The position numbers and the translations under genes are program-made. DNA of 64,000 nucleotides from a virus (lineage: Duplodnaviria > Caudoviricetes), in IMG/VR virus record IMGVR_UViG_2767802067_000003, positions 9,633 to 73,632 of that record; one strand, given 5' to 3'. Positions within the stretch are counted from its first letter, which is position 1; each line of letters opens with the position of its first letter. Of the stretch, positions 17,775 to 28,172 are shown piece after piece. Under the pieces are notes generated by a model. That model was not told where the DNA came from. It did no database searches and worked only from the letters and a program-made list of their open reading frames with translations.

Positions 17775-18140
17775 ATGCCCACAGCCAAGTCGGCTGCGGC
17801 GCAGGACGACAGCGCGCAGACCGCTCCGGCCGCCGCGCCCGCGCCCGCAGCCGAGCCAGCGACCAAAGCGACCGAAGCCCCCACCCACGCCAACGGACCG
17901 GCCGCCTACCAGTACACGGGCGCAGTCGAGCTGGTCTACCTCGCCGTCCCGCTCACCGCCCGCCCCGCGCGCCCGGCCCGGCCCTCCACCGACGACGACC
18001 CCGGCGCTCCCGCGACGCCAGCGACGGTCTTCGCCTGGCCTGACGGCCCGCCGGACGACGGCCGCTGGACGCCCACCGCTGAACCGCCCAACCAGCACCC
18101 CGACAACGAGCCCCAGCCGGGCGCGAGCAGCAAGGAGTAA
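17775..18140 (+). CDS. Hypothetical protein (Ala/Pro-rich)
   Basis: AGGAG RBS; between terminator and tail tube genes. Confidence 0.55.
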   Translation: MPTAKSAAAQDDSAQTAPAAAPAPAAEPATKATEAPTHANGPAAYQYTGAVELVYLAVPLTARPARPARPSTDDDPGAPATPATVFAWPDGPPDDGRWTPTAEPPNQHPDNEPQPGASSKE

Positions 18141-18144
18141 GCCC

Positions 18145-19389
18145 ATGGCCGTCGCCGCGTTCGCGCCAGCACGCCAATTCCTGGGAATCGCCGCGGAGGC
18201 CACCCCCGGCCAGCCCGTCGCGATGACCAACACCCTGACCGTGGCTCAGATCAAGCCGTCCGACAAGGTCACCTACCTCGAGGACAAGGCGCTGCGCGGC
18301 GTCATGTCCACCGAGTTCAACGAGATCCTCGGCGTCGGCAAGGCTGAGCTGGACATCAACAGCCCCGCGTTCGCCGACCAGCTGCCGTGGTGGTGCCGCA
18401 ACATCCTGGGCGACGTCAGCGTTACCGGCACCCCGACCGGTACCGGCGCGACGACCCTCAGCGTCGCCGCGGCCGCCGGAGCGACCTCCTTCACCACGCA
18501 GGCCACCATCCCGGCCGGCACCCTGGTGCAGATCGGCACCGGTGCGAAGGCGGAGATCGTCACCACCGGCACCCCGACCGGCTCCGCCCCGAACTTCGTC
18601 ATCCCCGTCACGGTGCCCGCCACCGGAGGCCTGGCCTACGCCCACAGCGTTGGCGACGCCGTCACCCCCGTCACCGGTCCGTACACCTACGCCTACAGTC
18701 TGCTCAACAGCGGCACCGGCCAGCCACCGTCCCACACCGTCACGCACTACCTCGGCCCGGGCAGCACCGGCGCCCGCCAGTACCCCGGCTTCGCAGCCTC
18801 CGAACTGGCGCTGAAGTTCGCCGTCGAGAGTGCGCTGCTGGAGTACACCGTCAAGGGCACCTCCTGGCCGTCGGTGCCCGCCGCGGTCGCCCCGCAGGCC
18901 GCGCCCGGCACGACCATCCCGCTGCCGTCATGGAGCACCACGATCGGCATCGGCGGGAGCGTTGCCGGATCCCCGGTTGCGACGGTCTCCGAAGGCGAGA
19001 TCACCCTCAAGCGCGAGCTGGGGGTCATCTACACCGCGACTGGCGTCCGCGTGCCGTACGTGATCCAGCGCGGCGGACTCACCGTCGAAGGCAAGTTCAC
19101 GTTCTCTGCGGTCTCCGACGAGAGCCCCCTGCTGTACATGCTGACCAACAGCCAGCCCCAGGTGCAGGTCATCCACAGCAACGGGCTGACCGGCGTGAAC
19201 ATGCTCAAGATCCAGATCGACATGCAGCAGTGCGCGTTCACCGTCGCCGACCCGGACGCCGGTAAGACCGCAGTCGGCTACACGACCACCTTCAAGCCCC
19301 TGCTGAACACGGCGAACGCCGGAGGCAGCGGCGGCTACTCCCAGATCAAGATCTCGATCACCTGCAACGTCCCGCCCGGCAGCTTCTGA
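18145..19389 (+). CDS. Major tail (tube) protein with inserted domain
   Basis: Synteny; 414 aa, Thr/Gly-rich beta protein; EGEITLKRE...TVEGKFT. Confidence 0.8.
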   Translation: MAVAAFAPARQFLGIAAEATPGQPVAMTNTLTVAQIKPSDKVTYLEDKALRGVMSTEFNEILGVGKAELDINSPAFADQLPWWCRNILGDVSVTGTPTGTGATTLSVAAAAGATSFTTQATIPAGTLVQIGTGAKAEIVTTGTPTGSAPNFVIPVTVPATGGLAYAHSVGDAVTPVTGPYTYAYSLLNSGTGQPPSHTVTHYLGPGSTGARQYPGFAASELALKFAVESALLEYTVKGTSWPSVPAAVAPQAAPGTTIPLPSWSTTIGIGGSVAGSPVATVSEGEITLKRELGVIYTATGVRVPYVIQRGGLTVEGKFTFSAVSDESPLLYMLTNSQPQVQVIHSNGLTGVNMLKIQIDMQQCAFTVADPDAGKTAVGYTTTFKPLLNTANAGGSGGYSQIKISITCNVPPGSF

Positions 19390-19430
19390 TCCCGGCGCAC
19401 CCCTCCCACCTCTCCGAAGGAGCCCCACCC

Positions 19431-19814
19431 ATGTCCGAGCAGCACCCCCTCGCCTCGCCCGACTCCTGGGTCGTCCTGCGGGACCCCAAGGAGCTCAAGG
19501 CCGGCGCGAAGAAGCGCATCCTGCGGTCCGTCCAGGACAGTGCCTCCAACATCTCCATGGGCCTGGACGTCGCCGACGGCCTGATGGCCCTCCTGGTCGA
19601 GAACTGGCAGCTCCCGCGTCCCCTCCCGCTGCCGTCCGTGTCCCCGGACTCGCTGGACCTGATGGAGATCGAGGACTACGACAAGCTCGCCGAGCTCATC
19701 CGCCCGGCGCAGCAGCTCCTCTTCCCGGGCAACCCCGACCCGACCGACGCGAAGGACCAGGCCGCGCAGGAAGCCGACCCCGCTTCCCCTACCGCGCCTA
19801 CCGTCGCCTCGTAG
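19431..19814 (+). CDS. Tail assembly chaperone (G)
   Basis: Between tail tube and tape measure genes. Confidence 0.75.
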   Translation: MSEQHPLASPDSWVVLRDPKELKAGAKKRILRSVQDSASNISMGLDVADGLMALLVENWQLPRPLPLPSVSPDSLDLMEIEDYDKLAELIRPAQQLLFPGNPDPTDAKDQAAQEADPASPTAPTVAS

Positions 19815-20044
19815 CGGCCCTCGACCGTAGGCCCATCCCCGGCGAGCACCCCGCCACCCCGCTCGACGAGGCCGCATTCCCCTACGGCTGGTTCGCTCAA
19901 GTCCACCACTGGCCTCCGTCGGTGGTCGACGACCAGCCGTGGTGGCTGATCGAACAGCTCCCGGTCATCGCCCGCGCGTACGCCGAAGTCGAAGAGGCCC
20001 GCCATGAACGGGCCCGGGCCGAGGCGGAAGCCCGGCACCGGTAG
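19784..20044 (+). CDS. Tail assembly chaperone C-terminal extension (T), -1 frame
   Basis: Overlapping -1 frame FPYRAYRRLVAALD...WPPSVVDDQPWWLIEQL...RHR*; no start codon of its own. Confidence 0.65.
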   Translation, partial: FPYRAYRRLVAALDRRPIPGEHPATPLDEAAFPYGWFAQVHHWPPSVVDDQPWWLIEQLPVIARAYAEVEEARHERARAEAEARHR

Positions 20045-20058
20045 CGGGAGGGAGGCCT

Positions 20059-20517
20059 GTGGGAGTCTCCCTGAGCGGCGGCGACGAGCTGCGCCGCGCC
20101 CTGACCGGCATCGGCGTCCGCGCCCAGGCCGCGACCCCGCTCGCCGTCGCTGAAGCCGCCGCCCTGTTCGCACACTCCGTCGAACGGCAGTTGACCCGCA
20201 TGAGCCACGAGCGCGGGACACCGACGCCGTCCCGGCCTGGCGAACCACCCGCGATGGTTGTGCCCAGCACCAGCCGGTCGTTGCACAACTCCCTCACCGT
20301 CCTCGGCCCCACCAGGACCAGTCCCGGCGAGTGGCTTGCCGTGACCGGCCCGACAGCCGCGTACGCCCGCATCCAGGAACTCGGTGGCGTCACCGGCCGC
20401 GGGCACGCGACGACCCTGCCACCTCGCCCCTACATGCGCGCTGCATACGACGAGGTCGCCCACGACCCCGCGCTGCGCGCCGCCTTCATCCGAGCCTGGG
20501 GCGCGGCACTCACCTGA
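20059..20517 (+). CDS. HK97 gp10-like tail completion protein
   Basis: GEPPA....SL..S...YARIQELGG...TLPPRPYMR. Confidence 0.75.
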   Translation: MGVSLSGGDELRRALTGIGVRAQAATPLAVAEAAALFAHSVERQLTRMSHERGTPTPSRPGEPPAMVVPSTSRSLHNSLTVLGPTRTSPGEWLAVTGPTAAYARIQELGGVTGRGHATTLPPRPYMRAAYDEVAHDPALRAAFIRAWGAALT

Positions 20518-20542
20518 CCCTCCGAACACGAGGAGGTGCCAG

Positions 20543-23500
20543 GTGTCTGACTCTCTCCTCCCTCCGGTCACCGCCGAGTTCCTCGGCAACGTCGCCCCAC
20601 TGCTGTCCGCCATCGAGGCGGGCGTCGCCGCATTCGAGGACTTCGGCGCGTCGATACGAGCGATCGCCGCCCAGGTCGACCTCGTCTTCACGTCGGTGGG
20701 CGAGTCGGCCCGGGCCATGTCCGGCAGCCTGGCCGAGACCGGCGGCGTCACCGACGCGTCGTTGCAGGGCATCGCTGTCAGTGCCGAGGAGATGGCCGCC
20801 GCCGTCCAGACCAGCTCGGTGAAGGCCTCGACGTCGCTGTCAGCCGTCAGCGATTCCGCGCGGGCGATGGCCACCAGCGTCACCGAGAGCAGCACCGCTA
20901 CCGACACGTCGCTGCAGTCCATCGGCGCGAGCGCCGAGCGGATGGCCGTGTCTGTGCAGGCCGCGTCGGCAACGACCACCGAGTCCCTTACCGCCGTCGG
21001 TGCCGCCGCCCGCAACAGCGCGACGGCCACCGATGCCGCCTCCACCGCGTCCGCTGCTTCGGCCGGCGGCGCGATGGCCACCATCAACAACGTCGGCAAG
21101 GCCGTCACGGTCGCCGGCCTCGCCGGTGGCGCCGCGAGCGTCAAGATGGCCGCGGACTTCCAGAGCGCCACGATGGTCCTCGTCACCGCCGCTGGCGAGC
21201 AGGAAGCCAACCTCAACGCCGTCCGAGACGGCATCAAGAACATCGCCGCCGACACCGGTACCAGCTGGCACCAGGTGACCGAAGGCATGTACGAGGCCGA
21301 GAAGGCCGGCTACAAGTTCGCCAACGGCGGCCTGGACGTTGTCCGGGCCGCCGCGCAGGGCGCCCGTGAGGAAGGTGCCCCGCTGAACCAAGTCGTGGAC
21401 GCCATGACCACGACGATGAACGACTACAACATCCCGGCGTCGAAGTCCGTCCAGGTCATGAACGCCCTGAAGACGGGCGCTGGAGAGGCCAAGACCAACT
21501 TCGGGCTGTTCGCTTCCTCGCTGTCCACCGTGCTGCCGTCCGCGTATGCCGCGCACGTGTCCTTCGAGGATGTCGTCGGTGACCTCGCGTCGATGACGAC
21601 GAAGGGTGAGACCGCGCAGCACGCCGCGCAGCTCATGGCAGGCGCGATCCGTTCGCTCCAGTCACCGAACTCCACGACGTCCGCGACCCTCCAGCAGCTG
21701 GGCCTGTCAGCCACTCAGGTCGCGCAGGACATGGGCAGCAAGGGCCTGTCCGGCGTCATGAACGAGATCGTGGAGGCGATCGGGCGGCGCCTCGGTCCGT
21801 CCGGGCTCTACGCGGTCGGCGTGTTCAAGCAGTCTGCGTCGGCCGCGCAGGACGCCGCGAAGATGGTCTCGGCCATGCCGCCGGCCCTGCAGAAGCTCGC
21901 GCAGGCCTACGAGCAGGGCCAGATCTCCCAGAAGGAGTTCAAGCAGCAGGCCAAGGACCTGCCAGGCGCTCTCGCGGCGCAGGCCGAGCAGTTCCAGTCC
22001 TTGTGGGATAAGAGCCAGGGCTTCTCCGACCAGGTCAAGGCCGGTAACCCCGAGCTGACCACCTTCTCCGACCTGCTGCGCAAGGCAACCGGTGGCCAGT
22101 CCGGTCTTCAGACCGCGCTGATGCTGACCAGCGAGGACGGCAAGAAGACCAAGGAAAGCATCGAGGCCGTCAGCAAGTCGTTCAACGACGGCGGCCACGA
22201 GGTCGAGGGCTGGACCGCGACCAACGAGCAGATGACCGTCCAGATGGCCAAGCTCAAGCAGGGCCTCGAAGTCACGGCCATCAGCATCGGCGAGAAGCTG
22301 ATTCCGCCGATCTCCGCGATCCTCGGGTTCTTCCAGCAGAACTCGACAGCAGCCGGCGTCCTCGCCGACGTCGTGGCGGGCGGCCTGTCCGCCGCGTTCA
22401 CCGTCTTCGCCGTGAACAAGATCGCCGGGGTGGCCAAGGGCGTCCAAGGCCTGATCGGCGACATGGCGTCCGGTGCTCGAGCCGCCGCCCAGTTCGCGTC
22501 TGCGGTGGCGGGCGCTCAGGTCGGCGAGAACGCCGGAGGAGCGGCCCGGGCCGGCGCCGCGGTGCGCTCTGGGGCAACCGCGGTTGCCTCCACCGTCTCC
22601 AGCGGCACGCAGAAACTCGCGTCAGGCGTCGCCAGCGGCGGCCAGGCCGCCGCAGCATGGATCGGCACCGCCTCCCGCAACGCCGCGGACCTCGCTGTCA
22701 ACATCGGGCGGGCCACCGCGGCGGGCGCCGCATCCGCGTGGAGCGGCATGGTCCAGGGCGCAGCCGCCGTCGGCGGGGCGCTGAAGACAGCGGCCGTTGC
22801 CGCAGCTGAGTACGCGCTCAGAGCGGGCGAGGTCGCGCTTGCCTCAGCCCGTTCCGCGATCGCGTTCGTCGCGGAGAAGGTCGCCATGGTGGCCTCCACC
22901 GTCGCCGAGGGCGCGATGACGGCAGCCCAGTGGCTGCTGAACCTCGCGATGGACGCCAACCCGATCGGGCTGGTCGTCCTCGCCCTGGCCGCGATCGTGG
23001 GCGGTTTGATCTACGCCTACAACCACGTCACGTGGTTCCGCGTCGGAGTGCAGGCCGCCCTGAAGCTCGTCGTTGAGGCCTTCGACTGGCTCGTGTCGGG
23101 CGGTGAGCGTGCCATCGGCTATCTGGCCAGGCTGCCCGGGATGGTCGTCAGCTTCTTCTCTGGTGCTGGGTCCTGGCTGATCGACGCCGGAAAGAACCTG
23201 CTGATCGGCCTGTACAACGGCGTGATCTCGATGAGCGCCTGGCTCGCCTCGAAGCTCACGGGTCTCATCAAGGACATCGTCCCCGGACCGGTCCTGAGGG
23301 TCCTCGGGATCCACTCGCCGTCGCGGGTGTTCCACGAGATCGGAATGCACGTCGCCACGGGTCTTGCCAACGGCATCGTCGCCGGTAGCGACCCCGTCTC
23401 CGAGGCCGCCACGGGCCTGGCGCAGAACGTCATCACCAGCGCCCAGGGCATCACCACGGACGCCGTGCGCGTCACCGCCTCGGTCGCGGCTGCCGCCGGG

Positions 23501-23704
23501 CGGCCCGCTGGTCCGGTCGCCGTCGGCACCCTGCCATCGGGCACCTCAGCCGCCGGCGGAGGGCCGGTCCACGTCACCCATAACTGGAACATCACCGTGC
23601 AGGGCTCGGCCGTGACGACCAAGCAGCTCGCGGACGACATCGAGACGGAGTGGCTGCGCCGCGGTATGCGCAACTCCACCACCTACCCCGCCTACCGGCG
23701 CTGA
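20543..23704 (+). CDS. Tape measure protein
   Basis: 1053 aa, Ala-rich helical, MDANPIGLVVLALAAI and LGIHSPSRVF motifs; GTG after GGAGG. Confidence 0.92.
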   Translation: MSDSLLPPVTAEFLGNVAPLLSAIEAGVAAFEDFGASIRAIAAQVDLVFTSVGESARAMSGSLAETGGVTDASLQGIAVSAEEMAAAVQTSSVKASTSLSAVSDSARAMATSVTESSTATDTSLQSIGASAERMAVSVQAASATTTESLTAVGAAARNSATATDAASTASAASAGGAMATINNVGKAVTVAGLAGGAASVKMAADFQSATMVLVTAAGEQEANLNAVRDGIKNIAADTGTSWHQVTEGMYEAEKAGYKFANGGLDVVRAAAQGAREEGAPLNQVVDAMTTTMNDYNIPASKSVQVMNALKTGAGEAKTNFGLFASSLSTVLPSAYAAHVSFEDVVGDLASMTTKGETAQHAAQLMAGAIRSLQSPNSTTSATLQQLGLSATQVAQDMGSKGLSGVMNEIVEAIGRRLGPSGLYAVGVFKQSASAAQDAAKMVSAMPPALQKLAQAYEQGQISQKEFKQQAKDLPGALAAQAEQFQSLWDKSQGFSDQVKAGNPELTTFSDLLRKATGGQSGLQTALMLTSEDGKKTKESIEAVSKSFNDGGHEVEGWTATNEQMTVQMAKLKQGLEVTAISIGEKLIPPISAILGFFQQNSTAAGVLADVVAGGLSAAFTVFAVNKIAGVAKGVQGLIGDMASGARAAAQFASAVAGAQVGENAGGAARAGAAVRSGATAVASTVSSGTQKLASGVASGGQAAAAWIGTASRNAADLAVNIGRATAAGAASAWSGMVQGAAAVGGALKTAAVAAAEYALRAGEVALASARSAIAFVAEKVAMVASTVAEGAMTAAQWLLNLAMDANPIGLVVLALAAIVGGLIYAYNHVTWFRVGVQAALKLVVEAFDWLVSGGERAIGYLARLPGMVVSFFSGAGSWLIDAGKNLLIGLYNGVISMSAWLASKLTGLIKDIVPGPVLRVLGIHSPSRVFHEIGMHVATGLANGIVAGSDPVSEAATGLAQNVITSAQGITTDAVRVTASVAAAAGRPAGPVAVGTLPSGTSAAGGGPVHVTHNWNITVQGSAVTTKQLADDIETEWLRRGMRNSTTYPAYRR

Positions 23705-23726
23705 CCCCACGACAGGAGGCGCCGGT

Positions 23727-26700
23727 ATGGCGAAGCTCTCCGCACTTCAGGACCCGTTCACCTCGCCCGGTCTCAACACCGCCCTGTGGAATGCAAGCAG
23801 CGTCGCGGCCTGCACCGTCGATCCGGTCAACCAGTTGGTGCAGGTCGCGGTCCCCACCGGCGCGAACACCTACAACACCGTCGGGTCGGCGCCGTGGGAC
23901 GCGACCGGTTCCAGCATCCATGCGGAGATCACCCCGGCGCCCAACGGCAACGGCGGCACGCTCACGATCTTCAGGCTCGCCGCAGACGGCAGCAACTGGA
24001 TCAACGCGCAGCTCGCTGCAAGCGGCGTGTTCAGCCTGCGGCTGCAGGTCGCCGGAGTGTTCACCACCACGCCGCTGCCGACCTACAACCCTGACACGCA
24101 CCGCTGGTGGAAGCTCTCCGAAGCGAACGGCTCGTTCACCTTCTCCACCAGCCCGGACGGCCGTGCCTGGACGGCTCAGGCCACCATCGCCCATGCCTTC
24201 CCGGTGACCGGGGTGCAGTTCTTCTTCCAGACCGGCGCGACGGACAGCGAGCCGGCCGGGATGGTCGCCACCATCCGCAACGTCAACACCATCAGCGCGC
24301 AGCCCAACAACCCGAACTGGCCGACGATCGAACACGGCTGGGGAGCATCGCTGGGCGTCCAGGGTGGCAACGTCCCCTTGAACAACTACGTCGACGTCTC
24401 CAATCTCACACGCAACCAGGTCGCCTCCAGCCGAGGCAAGCAATACGAGCTCGACCAGATCCGCAGCGGCGAGCTGCGCCTGCAGCTCGACAACAACGAC
24501 GGCCGGTTCGACCCCCTCAACGCCGCCGGGCCGTACTACGGCCACGTCCATCCCTACCAGCCGTACCGGTTGCGCGCGCAGTGGCCGCCGACCCGCAACT
24601 TGCTGCGACAGTCTCAGGCCACCGGTGGAGACGTCGGCGGCTACTCGCTCGGAACGCTCGACACCAGCGACAACGGCCCGGGAATCTACTCGCGCACCGA
24701 CAGCGGCGGGGGCGCCTTCGTCGCCTCCAGCTCAGCCTGGGCTGGCGGCACCGTAGCCCAGTTCGCGGTACCCGCCTCAACCGCCGGCTCGACCGCCGTC
24801 GCCTACATCCAGCAGCCCAGCTTCGAGCCCGGCGCGACGTACAGCGCGCAGATGCAGGTCCGGAACGTCACGGCTGGCACCACGGTTCCGCTCTACCTGG
24901 CGCTGCGCTTCTTCAGCGCGGACGGCAGCACCCTGCTGCAGATGGTCCAGGGCACGACCATCACTCTCACAGGAGCCACCGCAGCGTCCTGGACACGCTT
25001 CACCGTCACCGGCACCGCCCCCGCCGGAACCGCCTTCTGCGCCGTCTCGCTTCGCACGAACGCCTCCCCGTCGGCGTCGTGCAACGTCCAGGTCGACGGC
25101 TGGCAACTCGAGCGGGCCGCCGCCCCGTCAGCCTGGTGCGCTCCAGGTACCTGGTACCCGATCTACAGCGGCTTCACCGAGCGCTGGGGCTCCAGCTGGG
25201 GGCTGTCGGGCACGTACGGGCAGACCCAGGTCACGGGCGTGGACACGCTCAGTCTCCTCTCGCAGGTCACCCTCTCCGACCCGTGCTCCGAGGAGATCAA
25301 GTCCTACACACCTCGGTTCCTGTACCGGCTGGACGACCCACAGGGTGCCGCCACCTTCGCCGACAGCATGGGCAACTACCGGCCCGCGACGCTCTACATC
25401 TCCAAGAACGGGCCCGGAACTCTCACCACGGGCAACAGCGTGACCGCGAAGGACCCCGTGAACGGCGTCTTCGCCGGCTCGGGCGGGACCGTCATGACGA
25501 TCAACAACCCGAGCCCAGGGCAGGCCGGTGCCTTCGCTGGCTCGGCGCTCTGCCTGTCCGATGCAGGCATCACTGGCCCGGCGAACCCGGCACTGTTCAG
25601 CCGCCTCATCGCGTTCCGTTACACCGGCCCCGTTCCCCCGACCGTCACGTACGTCTGGGTGGGGACGGACGGCCAGATGACCAACGATCAGTTCATCGGT
25701 TCCAAGCTGGCCCTCGGGATCGACTCCAGCGGCCACCCGATCATGGTGGTCACCGGCCCCACGAACCACGGTTCGAGCTGCCTGCTGGCCGACCAGAACG
25801 GAAACATTCCCAACGTCGCTGACGGCAACTGGCACCTGGCGATCTTCGGCTACAACCAGCAGAACCAGCAGCTCCTCGCCTCCATCGACGGCGGCAACGC
25901 CTACCTCGGCAACATCCCGAACGACGCTGCCCCGACCGGCATCGTCTTCGAGAGCGTCGGCGGATTCGCCAACTGGGTCATCGGCGGCCCCTTCCAGGGA
26001 AACTTCCAAGGTGACCTCGCCTTCATCGGTGAGTTCACGCAGTGGTTCGGCGCCGACGACTGCCTGAACTTCTACAACGCGTGGAAGAACGCCTTCGCGG
26101 GCGAATCCAGCGACGCCCGCTACCAGCGGATCCTTGACTACGCCGGGTACCAGGGTGCACGCAGCATCGACACGGGCCAGACCCGAAGCCTGTCCGGGGC
26201 CAAGTTCTCCGGCCAGGACGCCCTGGCTGCCCTCGAAGACGTGGTGGCGACCGAGAACGGGCAACACTACGTCAACCGGACAGGTGCCATCACCTTCAAG
26301 TCCCGCGCTGCCCGGTACAACGCCACGACCCCCGTGTACACGTTCGGGGAGAACCAGGCTGGCGGGGAATGGCCGTATGAGGAAGCCGGCCTCGAGCTGG
26401 ATGCGACCCACATCAGCAACGAAGTCCGGGTCACCCAGCAGTCCAGCCAGCAGGTCTTCAGCGCCCAGGACACGGCGAGCGTCGCCGCGTACTTCCCCCG
26501 CACGATGACGCGCACCAGCTACGCCAGCAGCACCTTGGAAATCCAGGACAGCGCCAACTATCTGCTGTCGCGGTACAAGCAGCCAGCGCCTCGAGTCACG
26601 ACACTGACCCTCCACCCCTCGGCGATGCCCGCGATGTGGCCGGTCTGCCTCTCTCTGGAGCTCGGTATGCGCGTACGCGTGATGCGCAGGCCGCAAGGCG

Positions 26701-27164
26701 CTCCGCCGATCCAGGCGGACTGCTACATCGAGAAGATCGACTGGTCGTTCAACGACCAGACCGACGCCACGGTGACGCTCCAGTGCAGCCCTGCCGACCT
26801 GACCCCGTACGCCGTCTTCGCGGCGTTCCACACCACGCTCGCGTCGCCCGTCACGGCCGGAGCGACCACGGTCACCATCAAGGCCGGTCAGGACAACGTG
26901 AACCCCGCCCGGGCGCAGCTGGCCGCCGGTCAGCAGCTGGTGCTCGGCCAAGGCACACCCATGGCGGAGACCGTCACCATCGCACCTGGCGGTGTTCCCG
27001 CCACCACCTCCGGTTGGACGACATGCGTCCTGACGCTCACCTCGGCAGTGACGAATGCCCACAGTACGGGCGACCCCGTGTGTGAACCCCTCCCCAGCGG
27101 AGTGTCCGACCCGACCACCTGGGACAAGGTCTCGCAGTTCGACTCGACCGCGTTCGCCTACTAG
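23727..27164 (+). CDS. Large minor tail/tail-tip protein with LamG and CBM-like domains
   Basis: LDNNDGRFDP, RGKQYELDQ, VDGWQLE (CBM-like), ADGNWHL (LamG-like), YLLSRYKQP. Confidence 0.8.
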   Translation: MAKLSALQDPFTSPGLNTALWNASSVAACTVDPVNQLVQVAVPTGANTYNTVGSAPWDATGSSIHAEITPAPNGNGGTLTIFRLAADGSNWINAQLAASGVFSLRLQVAGVFTTTPLPTYNPDTHRWWKLSEANGSFTFSTSPDGRAWTAQATIAHAFPVTGVQFFFQTGATDSEPAGMVATIRNVNTISAQPNNPNWPTIEHGWGASLGVQGGNVPLNNYVDVSNLTRNQVASSRGKQYELDQIRSGELRLQLDNNDGRFDPLNAAGPYYGHVHPYQPYRLRAQWPPTRNLLRQSQATGGDVGGYSLGTLDTSDNGPGIYSRTDSGGGAFVASSSAWAGGTVAQFAVPASTAGSTAVAYIQQPSFEPGATYSAQMQVRNVTAGTTVPLYLALRFFSADGSTLLQMVQGTTITLTGATAASWTRFTVTGTAPAGTAFCAVSLRTNASPSASCNVQVDGWQLERAAAPSAWCAPGTWYPIYSGFTERWGSSWGLSGTYGQTQVTGVDTLSLLSQVTLSDPCSEEIKSYTPRFLYRLDDPQGAATFADSMGNYRPATLYISKNGPGTLTTGNSVTAKDPVNGVFAGSGGTVMTINNPSPGQAGAFAGSALCLSDAGITGPANPALFSRLIAFRYTGPVPPTVTYVWVGTDGQMTNDQFIGSKLALGIDSSGHPIMVVTGPTNHGSSCLLADQNGNIPNVADGNWHLAIFGYNQQNQQLLASIDGGNAYLGNIPNDAAPTGIVFESVGGFANWVIGGPFQGNFQGDLAFIGEFTQWFGADDCLNFYNAWKNAFAGESSDARYQRILDYAGYQGARSIDTGQTRSLSGAKFSGQDALAALEDVVATENGQHYVNRTGAITFKSRAARYNATTPVYTFGENQAGGEWPYEEAGLELDATHISNEVRVTQQSSQQVFSAQDTASVAAYFPRTMTRTSYASSTLEIQDSANYLLSRYKQPAPRVTTLTLHPSAMPAMWPVCLSLELGMRVRVMRRPQGAPPIQADCYIEKIDWSFNDQTDATVTLQCSPADLTPYAVFAAFHTTLASPVTAGATTVTIKAGQDNVNPARAQLAAGQQLVLGQGTPMAETVTIAPGGVPATTSGWTTCVLTLTSAVTNAHSTGDPVCEPLPSGVSDPTTWDKVSQFDSTAFAY

Positions 27165-27260
27165 CCGCATGCGCGAAGCCGCGCCACCACCGCCCCGGCC
27201 GCCAGCCCGGCCGGGGCTTCTGCCTGAGGCCTTGCGTGTCGCATCGAGAGGAGGACCAGC

Positions 27261-27782
27261 GTGGCGCTTTCCCTTCCGGCCCTGGCATCGCAGGTCCCAG
27301 GGAACTTCATCACCAGCGCGACGTGGAACGCCAACGTCTACACCCCGTTGTCGTTCCTGCTCAACCGACCCGTGTTCCGCGGTGTCCAGGCAGCGGCCCA
27401 GTCCATTCCGAACACGACCGTGACACCGGTGGCGATCGATACGACCGTCATCGACACCTACGGGGGCCACTCCAACACCGTCAACAACAGTCGCTACACC
27501 GCGCAGATCGCCGGCTGGTATCTGCTCATCGGCTCGGTCGGGATGGGCACCAGCAGCAGCGGCGCCCGTCTGGCACGCCTCCACAAGAACGGCTCGCTCA
27601 TCGCGGCAAGCCAGTTCGGCATCCCGAACCCCTCCTGGGACATCACCACCGCCATCCAGACCCTGGCCATCGTCCAGCTCGCAGTCGGCGACTACGTCGA
27701 AGTAGCGGCCTACCAGGCCAGCGGTGGGGCGCTGACCACCAACGGAGACTGCGCGCTCACTGTCCTCTGGATCCACGCCTAG
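27261..27782 (+). CDS. C1q/TNF-like tail fibre protein, copy 1
   Basis: Q..AQSIPN...IDTYGGH...SRYTAQIAGWY...VQLAVGDYVEV..YQ.SG.AL. Confidence 0.75.
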   Translation: MALSLPALASQVPGNFITSATWNANVYTPLSFLLNRPVFRGVQAAAQSIPNTTVTPVAIDTTVIDTYGGHSNTVNNSRYTAQIAGWYLLIGSVGMGTSSSGARLARLHKNGSLIAASQFGIPNPSWDITTAIQTLAIVQLAVGDYVEVAAYQASGGALTTNGDCALTVLWIHA

Positions 27783-27791
27783 GAGGCCCAG

Positions 27792-28121
27792 TTGCTCCTC
27801 CTCGACTCCACGAACATCAGCCGACCGCCGCAGAGCCACTGCTGGGTCCCCAATTGCACCGCGGCAACCGCCGTTCAGTGGCGCCGCCGCCACTCCGCCG
27901 GCGCCGACGACGTGCAGGCGGTGTTCGCCTGTACGGCCCACGCGATCAGCCTCGACGGAGCTACCCACATTCACCAGCCGCAGTGCGTCGCTGATCCGGC
28001 CCGCCTACCGGCCTGCGGCTGCATGCCGGAGCCGCTGCCCGCTGCGGCTCCGGTTGCTCCACGAGCTCGGCCAGCCGCCGACCTGCCGCCCGCCTGGGCC
28101 GCCCCCGCGCCGCGTACCTGA
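27792..28121 (+). CDS. Cys/His-rich partner protein, copy 1
   Basis: CWVPNC...VQWRRR...ACTAHAI...IHQPQC...LPACGCMPEPLP. Confidence 0.65.
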   Translation: MLLLDSTNISRPPQSHCWVPNCTAATAVQWRRRHSAGADDVQAVFACTAHAISLDGATHIHQPQCVADPARLPACGCMPEPLPAAAPVAPRARPAADLPPAWAAPAPRT

Positions 28122-28172
28122 CCGACCGCCACCCCCACAACCGGCCTGGCCAATTCAGAGAGGAGGAGCAAC

